Of a stretch of 25,473 bases of DNA, positions 1 to 6,018 are shown piece by piece. The stretch is from Fibrobacteria bacterium (GTDB lineage Bacteria; Fibrobacterota; Fibrobacteria; UBA11236). Every line of letters starts with the position of its first letter. Within the stretch, counting starts at the first letter, position 1. Location: the NCBI GenBank assembly GCA_043732185.1, contig JAYTHY010000099.1:1-25473 (forward strand), written 5' to 3'. A program made the translations under genes and the position numbers. A model generated the notes under the pieces. That model did not search any database. It was not told the DNA's origin and worked only from the letters and a program-made list of their open reading frames with translations.

Positions 1-423
1 CCCGAGTCTCGCATTCCTGCCGAGCTTATCCAGGCCTATACTCGCACAATTTACGATGTGGATGGGCCAAGCCCATTTTCACTTTTGCTGGGTCGTCCAA
101 GCACAGAACTGAACCATCTATTTAAAGCATCCCGCTGTGATTGCGCGATTTATTTGACGGCTTGGAATCCGCAAAGTCAACTGCTGTCCGAGGCAGAAAA
201 TCAGGCTCGCCAAAAGGAGTTGGAAACGGAAATCCAACTTTTACAACTTCCAATAGTACCAGGGTTTGGCCGAGATCCAGTTGGAGAATGGCCGCCGGAA
301 GCGAATGTGCTTATCCTGGGTCTATCACTCGAAAAAGGAATGGCACTAGGCCGAAAATACGATCAAAATGCCCTAGTGTGGTGTGCCGCTGACACCATAC
401 CCAATCTGATTTTACTACGATAA
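1..423 (+). CDS. DUF3293-family protein, 5'-truncated by the window edge
   Basis: Frame 1 is open from base 1 (PESRIPAELIQAYTRTIY...) to TAA at 421-423. Motifs AYxxTxY, LTAWNPxS...EN, GxDPxGEWPPE and GRKYDQNALVW are characteristic of DUF3293. Confidence 0.8.
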   Translation, partial: PESRIPAELIQAYTRTIYDVDGPSPFSLLLGRPSTELNHLFKASRCDCAIYLTAWNPQSQLLSEAENQARQKELETEIQLLQLPIVPGFGRDPVGEWPPEANVLILGLSLEKGMALGRKYDQNALVWCAADTIPNLILLR

Positions 424-449
424 AAAATGTCTAATGGACCTTCAAAAAG

Positions 450-813
450 TGGAGGCGGCGGGAATCGAACCCGCGTCCGAAATCAACTCACCAATCGCTC
501 ATACATGCTTTTCTCCTGATTTGAGTTTCGCTTCCAAACCCACCCTAGGAATCGGTTGGCCTGGTCGCTAGTCCGGATTTTCTCAGCTTCTCCGCCCAGA
601 CGTCAGAGAGACCCAGCCCCAAAGTATTACAATTCGATAGTTGTTGAGACACCCACCACCGAACCGAGGTTACCTAGGTATTAACTAGGCAGCCATAGCA
701 TAAGAATATGATTCTTCTGCATTTGTTTGTTTCCAGTTTTTTTACGAGGCCAACTAGAATCCTCGGCATGCAACTCTCAGTTCATTCGATCCCGTCGAGA
801 CCTTTGCGCCCCC
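450..813 (-). ncRNA. ssrA: tmRNA (transfer-messenger RNA)
   Basis: The minus strand starts GGGGGCGCAAAGGTCTCGACGGG and ends GGACGCGGGTTCGATTCCCGCCGCCTCCA. The acceptor stem GGGGGCG/CGCCTCC has the G3-U alanine identity pair and there is a T-loop GTTCGAT. It carries an internal tag ORF. About 364 nt; the CCA end is not fully encoded. Confidence 0.97.
685..720 (-). other. tmRNA tag-coding region, (A)AEESYSYAMAA*
   Basis: GCA GAA GAA TCA TAT TCT TAT GCT ATG GCT GCC TAG after ACAAAT; typical GCA resume codon and YAxAA C-terminus. Confidence 0.88.
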
Positions 814-899
814 CTGCTTTGTTATGTCCTTAATTGACCATCTTTAATATACCCTAAATGGTGCCAAACAGCTATAGGCTTATAGGGCGTGAGGCACAA

Positions 900-1724
900 T
901 TATTGGAATAAAGCCAAAAGGTTGGTACGCGAAAGTTGGTTGAATTGGCTTATGGCTGCAGCTCCTGTATTTTGCAGCACATCTGTTCGGACCTTTTGAC
1001 TTAAGGCCTGCGCAAAATCCACATCTTCTACGTTGGATAGACCATGAGTCGATTGAATAATCTGGATTCCAACATTTGCTGCAGCAATTTCCAGTCGATT
1101 TTGAAGGCCGCCTTGTGTGCTGCGAGTGTCATTCACTTTACGCATGGCAGTATCGATTGCGGTCATCGCTCTTAAAGCACCATCGGAAGAGGTCAGATTC
1201 TCAGATGTCAGATTGAGCGCGCCTAAGCTGATATCGCTTGTGGGCACGTCCACACTGTCGCCCGTTCTATCACCAACTTGAATATGACCACCGCCGCCAG
1301 CCAAAGCACCACTGCCATCCAGAAGGTGTTGACCGTTGAAATCAGTAGACTTGGAAATTCTATCCATTTCCTGCGAAAGCGATTGAAACTCATTATCCAA
1401 GGCATGACGCTGATCATCGTTAATGGCTCCATTGGCGCTTTGCACGGCCAATTCTCGTTGCCTTTGCAGCATATTTCCTATACTGCTCGATCCGCCATCG
1501 GCGATGGAAAGTGCACCCATTCCATCAGAAATATTTTCCGCCGCACTCCGATAGGCCCTCACTTGTTTTTCAAATTCGCGGGCCATAGCCATGCCTGCTG
1601 CATCATCCGAAGCGCGATTGATCCGCTTCCCGGTTGCCAGTTGCTCTAGTAGTTTATCTTTTTCCTGGGTATTGACCTTCCAATGATGGCTGAGGCGTTC
1701 ACCTTGATGTTTGTCGATTCGCAT
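900..1724 (-). CDS. fliC: Flagellin-family protein (274 aa, essentially D0/D1 only, divergent termini)
   Basis: Motifs QLATGKRINRASDDAAG, ADG...MLQRQRELAVQSANG, EMDRISKSTDFNGQHLLDG, IQVG, RSTQGGLQNRLE and EDVDFA. Start set at ATG 1724 (MRID, compare MRIN; GAGGA 8 nt upstream). The ORF-track start at 1874 lies upstream of the sigma-28 promoter. ATG 1733 and 1757 are alternatives. Confidence 0.9.
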   Translation of the reverse strand: MRIDKHQGERLSHHWKVNTQEKDKLLEQLATGKRINRASDDAAGMAMAREFEKQVRAYRSAAENISDGMGALSIADGGSSSIGNMLQRQRELAVQSANGAINDDQRHALDNEFQSLSQEMDRISKSTDFNGQHLLDGSGALAGGGGHIQVGDRTGDSVDVPTSDISLGALNLTSENLTSSDGALRAMTAIDTAMRKVNDTRSTQGGLQNRLEIAAANVGIQIIQSTHGLSNVEDVDFAQALSQKVRTDVLQNTGAAAISQFNQLSRTNLLALFQ

Positions 1725-1776
1725 TGGAGTCATCCTCACTCTCGGGGATTTTTCCATGTGGATCCCCCTGTTCAGG

Positions 1777-1803
1777 ATATCGGGAGAATTTGGGAAAGCT
1801 TTA
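1777..1803 (-). promoter_or_regulatory. Sigma-28 (FliA/SigD)-type promoter of the flagellin gene
   Basis: Minus strand TAAA-N15-CCCGATAT versus consensus TAAA-N15-GCCGATAA/T, about 50 nt upstream of the flagellin start. Confidence 0.85.
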
Positions 1804-1887
1804 ACGATTTTTTTATGTTTGGGACCTCTCAATTCAACATTTAAACAAACTTCCCAAACGCCTCTTCCTTTCAAGACAAGGATTCCG

Positions 1888-2739
1888 ATGACTGCCTCTT
1901 CCCTTCCCTATCACACTTTGGCATTTGATTTGGATGGAACGCTGCTCGATCCAGCAGGAAATATTTCGACGCGTTCGCTGAGTCTGCTCCGTCAACTTGC
2001 CGGACTCGGATTGGAAATTGTACTGGCTTCGGGAAGAATGACGGCCCGCGTTTCGCCATTTGCGACGGAACTTGGTTTTCCGATAACCTTAATCGCTTAT
2101 AACGGAGCAGAAACCCTGCAAGGCGAAGGAACGGATTGGACGTCCATAGCCACCCGGCCAATTTCCCAACAAACGCGCGATGCCGTCTTTGAACTTTGCC
2201 GGACCCGGAAACATTTTCTCAACATTTATGCGGATGGGAAATTGCACGGTTACCATCCCGATGGTTTATTTGCGGCCTCACACATTTATCAAGCGCAAAC
2301 TGGTGCAACCTATTCTGCTCTGCACCGGGAACTCGAGTCCGTTCCAAAGGACGCCATCGCGAAGTTACTGGTGGTGGAAACACCCGAGATTCGGAACCGA
2401 CTATTTCAGGAATGGTCTCCCCTACTTTCGTCGCATTGTTCCGTGGCTAAATCCAATCCAGAATATCTGGAGCTGATGAATCTTGGCGTGAGCAAAGGTT
2501 CGGCTTTGCAGACTTGGCTTGGTACCAAGGGTCTTACTGCGCAGGGACTCATTGCGTTTGGGGATGCGGATAACGATAAAGAGATGTTGGAATTAGCCGG
2601 TCTCGGCATCGCTATGGGCAATGCCACACCTGGTCTACGTGCTGTGTGCACACGCGTCTCGCCGTGGACCAATGCTGAAGACGGCGTGGCACAGGAACTG
2701 GCTACACTCTTTAATTTACCTTTAGAACCTTCGCTATAA
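1888..2739 (+). CDS. Cof-type HAD-superfamily (IIB) hydrolase/phosphatase
   Basis: Motif I AFDLDGTLL, motif II LASGR, IAYNGA, VSKG and motif IV AFGDADND...AMGNA. ATG 1888 has AAGGA upstream; the longer start at 1711 overlaps flagellin and its promoter. Confidence 0.92.
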   Translation: MTASSLPYHTLAFDLDGTLLDPAGNISTRSLSLLRQLAGLGLEIVLASGRMTARVSPFATELGFPITLIAYNGAETLQGEGTDWTSIATRPISQQTRDAVFELCRTRKHFLNIYADGKLHGYHPDGLFAASHIYQAQTGATYSALHRELESVPKDAIAKLLVVETPEIRNRLFQEWSPLLSSHCSVAKSNPEYLELMNLGVSKGSALQTWLGTKGLTAQGLIAFGDADNDKEMLELAGLGIAMGNATPGLRAVCTRVSPWTNAEDGVAQELATLFNLPLEPSL

Positions 2740-2773
2740 GGAAATGCCGGCATACCGGGACTCCATTTTTTGA

Positions 2774-4324
2774 TTAATAAGGTTGCATTTCCCTATCCAG
2801 ACAACGGTAATGCACCGCTTCGGCGATGTGCGCTTCTCGAATATCTGGACAGGCTTCCAAGTCTGCAATGGTGCGTCCCACTTTAAGTATTCGATCATAC
2901 GCGCGGGCTGAAAATCCCAAGGTTTCTACGGCACTGCGCAGAAGTTTTTTCGCCCCTGTTGTCAAAATGCAGAACTCCCTGGCCTGAATTCCAGACATAC
3001 TGCCATTTGAAAAGATCGCCGCCGAGCGTGCATCTTGCTTATTCTTAAAACGTTCTCTTTGCAGTTTTCGTGCAGCATCCACCCTAGTTCGCACATGTGC
3101 GGAAGACTCACCTAACTCTGCTGCATCCAATTCACCGAAGCCAAGCACCGGTAATTCCAAATGAATATCGATTCGATCCAACATTGGTCCAGATAAACGA
3201 CCGCGATAGCGGACGATTTCCTCCATACGGCATTGGCATCGGCGCTTGGTATCTAAGAGATATCCGCAAGGACAAGGATTCATGGCCGCACCCAATATTG
3301 AGCGACAAGGGTAGGTCAGTGAAATGGATGTGCGTGAAATAGTGACGGACCCTTCTTCCAAAGGCTGGCGCAAACCTTCAATAGCGTCTTTGTGGAATTC
3401 CGGAAATTCATCCAAAAACAATACGCCGTTGTGGGCAAGACTCAGCTCGCCCGGTCGCGACCATCCCCCACCACCCACTAAAGCCTGGTGGCTGATTGAA
3501 TGATGCGGGGATCGAAACGGGCGTTCACGCATGCTGCCTTGACCGGTCTTCAGCAAACCGGCGACGCTGTAAATGCGTGTGGTCTCCAGCGCCTCCTCGT
3601 CGCTGAGTTCGGGCAGAATGGAAGGCAAACGGCGCGCTAGCAATGTCTTTCCACAACCGGGACTGCCTACGAGTAAAAAGTTATGGCCGCCAGCCGCGGC
3701 TACTTCCAGGGCCCGTTTAGCCCCAGCCTGGCCGCGTACATCTGCGAAATCCAATACCTCGCCCGTTGGAACTGAACGACGTATTTTCGGCTCTGGCAAT
3801 CGCTTGGGAAAAATAGGGCATTGGATAAATTCCAAAGCTTCTAATAGGTTTCCGGGTGCGTAAACGGGTAGGCCATCCACCTGATTCGCTTCGATTTTGT
3901 TTTCTAGTGGAATGACTAGGCCAAGGCAGTTGGTTTCCTTGGCGTAAATTGCCGCCGACAATACTCCCCGAATCGGACGTATGGTTCCGTCCAATGAGAG
4001 TTCGCCCATAAATAACAGGCCGTCCAAAGGGGGTCCCGAGATTTGTTCCGAGGCACGGAGTATTCCAATGGCCAAAGGCAAATCGAATGCCGTACCCGCT
4101 TTGCGAATGCCTCCAGGCGCCAAATTTACGGTGATGCGTTTACTTGGAACGCGGAAGCCCGAATTTTTAATGGCTGCGAACACGCGCTCCCGCGCCTCCT
4201 TAACTGCGGAATCTGGGAGGCCCACCAAGGTGAACCCTGGCAGGCCAGAAGTGATATCCACCTCTACCGTGACGGGATAGGCATCAATTCCCGACATGGC
4301 ACATGATGTGACGACGGCTAGCAT
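2774..4324 (-). CDS. comM: YifB/ComM family Mg-chelatase-like AAA+ ATPase (competence helicase)
   Basis: VGLPDSAVKEARERV, ITVNLAP, FDLPLAIG, Walker A GSPGCGKT, RSPHHS, LAHNGVLFLDEFPEF, AAMNPCPCG...CQC, SGPMLDRID and FSARAYDRILKVGRTIADL. Intact, 516 aa. Confidence 0.95.
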   Translation of the reverse strand: MLAVVTSCAMSGIDAYPVTVEVDITSGLPGFTLVGLPDSAVKEARERVFAAIKNSGFRVPSKRITVNLAPGGIRKAGTAFDLPLAIGILRASEQISGPPLDGLLFMGELSLDGTIRPIRGVLSAAIYAKETNCLGLVIPLENKIEANQVDGLPVYAPGNLLEALEFIQCPIFPKRLPEPKIRRSVPTGEVLDFADVRGQAGAKRALEVAAAGGHNFLLVGSPGCGKTLLARRLPSILPELSDEEALETTRIYSVAGLLKTGQGSMRERPFRSPHHSISHQALVGGGGWSRPGELSLAHNGVLFLDEFPEFHKDAIEGLRQPLEEGSVTISRTSISLTYPCRSILGAAMNPCPCGYLLDTKRRCQCRMEEIVRYRGRLSGPMLDRIDIHLELPVLGFGELDAAELGESSAHVRTRVDAARKLQRERFKNKQDARSAAIFSNGSMSGIQAREFCILTTGAKKLLRSAVETLGFSARAYDRILKVGRTIADLEACPDIREAHIAEAVHYRCLDREMQPY

Positions 4325-4364
4325 CAGCAGTCGTGTCCAAATCGAAGGTGGACGGAATACGGCT

Positions 4365-4640
4365 TCATCCGAACAACGGCATGGGACTATTCATTACATG
4401 GTGATATGCCTTTAGGACTTTGCCCTGCAGTTCCATTCGAAACCGCATGGATAGCGTTTCAAAAACGCGGTAGGGTGTTCCTGCACTCAATCCTGGAAAG
4501 GCCAGGAAGAGGCCGTAACGGCCTTGTAATATTTTGATCCCCCTTAGGGTCAAGCTATCGTTTAAGATGACTTCAGCCGTGGCTTTAATGCGCCCTTCTG
4601 ATTCGGAATTGGGTTGGATATGTATCGAGGTAATTTTCAT
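4365..4640 (-). CDS. SpoVG-like protein, divergent second copy
   Basis: MKITSIHI...IKATAEVILNDSLTLRGIKILQGRYGLFLAFP...C-terminal helix ending VLKAY follows the SpoVG pattern. The region after AFP is atypical. Confidence 0.8.
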   Translation of the reverse strand: MKITSIHIQPNSESEGRIKATAEVILNDSLTLRGIKILQGRYGLFLAFPGLSAGTPYRVFETLSMRFRMELQGKVLKAYHHVMNSPMPLFG

Positions 4641-4659
4641 GGTCTTTCTTTCTTGAAAT

Positions 4660-4685
4660 GCCCCACCCGGGTAACCGGGCAGGGC
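4660..4685 (-). terminator. GC-rich hairpin between the two spoVG genes (possible weak terminator or RNA processing/stability element)
   Basis: Minus strand GCCCTGCCCGG-TTAC-CCGGGTGGGGC followed by ATTTC; strong stem but a poor U-tract. Confidence 0.45.
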
Positions 4686-4720
4686 GCTTGTCTTTCGGGA
4701 TATGTATGGGTAGCGGCCGA

Positions 4721-5008
4721 TTAAGCCGCAACCACCAATCGGTATTCGTTGAGAATCCGCTCGGTCATGTATTCATGAAGAGCTTTGCTGATTGGAAAGC
4801 AGAAGTTGTAACCCTTGCCTTCTTTTTTGCTGTACTCTCGTGGGAACGAGATAAATAGCCCGAATTTTCCTTTGACCACTCTTATGCTGTTAATCACAAA
4901 TTGGCCGTTCAAGACGACACGCACAAATGCTTCGAGGGGATTATCCTCTTGCTTGTTGCGCAAAGGGTGAACGTTGACTTCTGTGATTTCGATTTCGTTG
5001 GTGGACAT
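4721..5008 (-). CDS. spoVG: SpoVG family nucleic-acid-binding regulator
   Basis: EITEVNV...LEAFVRVVLNGQFVINSIRVVKGKFGLFISFPR...YNFCFPIS...ILNEY. ATG 5008 has AAGGAG upstream; 95 aa. Confidence 0.9.
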   Translation of the reverse strand: MSTNEIEITEVNVHPLRNKQEDNPLEAFVRVVLNGQFVINSIRVVKGKFGLFISFPREYSKKEGKGYNFCFPISKALHEYMTERILNEYRLVVAA

Positions 5009-5064
5009 TGCTGTCTCCTTTTCAAGTTGAAGTGGGATGCTCACACATTTCCACTTCTGGTTCA

Positions 5065-5137
5065 TTTAGCCGAATTGGCTGATGGACCTTAATGCAAAGG
5101 AGATGCCAAACCGAATTCCAACTGCAATTCGGCTAAA
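5065..5137. repeat. Perfect 13-bp inverted repeat flanking the sigma-54 promoter
   Basis: TTTAGCCGAATTG (5065-5077) and CAATTCGGCTAAA (5125-5137) are exact reverse complements. A third CCGAATT core lies at 5111-5117. Confidence 0.8.
5093..5109 (-). promoter_or_regulatory. Sigma-54 (RpoN) -24/-12 promoter upstream of spoVG
   Basis: Minus strand TTGGCATCTCCTTTGCA has exact GG-N10-GC spacing and matches TGGCAC-N5-TTGCW. Confidence 0.82.
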
Positions 5138-5193
5138 ACGGGCGCAGCTGGCCCTTTTAGGGCCAGAAAATTAAAAACCGGAAAACTAAGGTC

Positions 5194-5250
5194 GGTGAAG
5201 TACGCTGCAATGTGGTGAAGTATGGTGAACTTCAATGCAGTTTGGTGAAG
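5194..5250. repeat. Helically phased GGTGAA(G/C) boxes forming two imperfect 27-bp direct repeats
   Basis: GGTGAAG 5194, GGTGAAG 5214, GGTGAAC 5224 and GGTGAAG 5244. Segments 5194-5220 and 5224-5250 match at 21 of 27 positions. Confidence 0.75.
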
Positions 5251-5281
5251 GGCTAGGCCCCAGGAAAAAGAGCAGGAACTT

Positions 5282-5584
5282 TTAGAATCCGAAATCTTTC
5301 ATTAAGCGATCCGCCAACTTTTCTTCAAAGTCGGGGGAATTGAAATATCCGGATGCAATTTTTTCCTTGGCCTCTTGAACCTTTTCGGCGCGAACATCCG
5401 GCATTGCGTCAACATGACGCGCAATCGACTCGGTATCCGCTGACGAAGACAGTTCTTTGGCCTTTTTAGACAAGGAGACAGAATCGCTTTTTACCGGCTT
5501 TTCAGTTTCCTTGGGCCCTTTCCCGCTTCCGGAAACCTTCTGCAGGTCCATTCCGAAAATCTGAGATATTCTGTCAATTTTCAT
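5282..5584 (-). CDS. flgM: Anti-sigma-28 factor FlgM
   Basis: 100 aa with a charged, flexible N-half, then DSVSLSKKAKEL and PDVRAEKVQEAKEKIASGYF...LADRLM, the FlgM signature. It has a sigma-28 promoter upstream. Confidence 0.9.
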   Translation of the reverse strand: MKIDRISQIFGMDLQKVSGSGKGPKETEKPVKSDSVSLSKKAKELSSSADTESIARHVDAMPDVRAEKVQEAKEKIASGYFNSPDFEEKLADRLMKDFGF

Positions 5585-5605
5585 TGGATCTCCCTCTATT
5601 CTCTA

Positions 5606-5632
5606 TTATCGACCAATCGCGGTCCGAACTTA
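5606..5632 (-). promoter_or_regulatory. Sigma-28-type promoter of flgM
   Basis: Minus strand TAAG-N15-GTCGATAA, one mismatch in each box versus TAAA-N15-GCCGATAA; GAGGGAG RBS downstream. Confidence 0.8.
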
Positions 5633-5682
5633 AGTGAATACGTCAGGAAATGATTCAACAATACCGGCAAACCTCAAAATGC

Positions 5683-6012
5683 TCAACGATTGGCCAATTC
5701 CTCTTCATTATCGACAATTTCAAACAAGCGATCGATGGAGGTCATTTCAAATAAGTCATAAATATCATCTGAAAGCCGCATGAGTATCAATCTGCCCCCC
5801 GCAGCTTTGAGATCCTGGTGGCAGGTAATGAGCATACCGACCCCAGAACTGTCGATAAAACCCACATCCGCCATATTAGCTACTAAGAAAAGCTTTTTTT
5901 CTTGAATGGCTTTTTGAATGGCCAGCCGAAAATGCGAGACTTCATTTCCCTTGATATGCCCGGTAATATCGAGTATATGCCATTTTCCGTTGACGCGTTG
6001 CTTAATCTCCAT
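5683..6012 (-). CDS. STAS-domain anti-sigma-factor antagonist (SpoIIAA/RsbV-like)
   Basis: 109 aa; ILDITGHI, NMADVGFIDSSGVGMLI (conserved phosphorylatable DSSG serine), GGRLIL and LFEMTSIDRLFEI. Confidence 0.92.
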   Translation of the reverse strand: MEIKQRVNGKWHILDITGHIKGNEVSHFRLAIQKAIQEKKLFLVANMADVGFIDSSGVGMLITCHQDLKAAGGRLILMRLSDDIYDLFEMTSIDRLFEIVDNEEELANR

Positions 6013-6018
6013 GCATCC

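Noticed and set aside
424..480. tRNA gene, or an integrated element at the ssrA 3' end
   Set aside because: The tRNA-like arm is the 3' end of tmRNA. No integrase or duplicated att sequence is visible, though sequence left of the window cannot be assessed.
852..868. Sigma-54 promoter upstream of ssrA (TTTGGCACCATTTAGGG)
   Set aside because: The -24 box is good but the required GC at -12 is missing.
1711..1887. N-terminal extensions of the HAD ORF (from 1711) and the flagellin ORF (from 1874)
   Set aside because: They overlap each other and the sigma-28 promoter and show no family similarity. Downstream ATGs have RBSs.
2740..2773. Intrinsic terminator between the HAD gene and comM
   Set aside because: Only a 4-bp CCGG stem plus a weak outer GGA/TCC pairing before the T-run; too weak to call.
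2774..4324. Mobile element inserted in comM, a known hotspot
   Set aside because: The gene is full length and uninterrupted.
5194..5250. CRISPR array
   Set aside because: Units are 7-bp boxes or two imperfect 27-mers with no spacers, and there are no cas genes.
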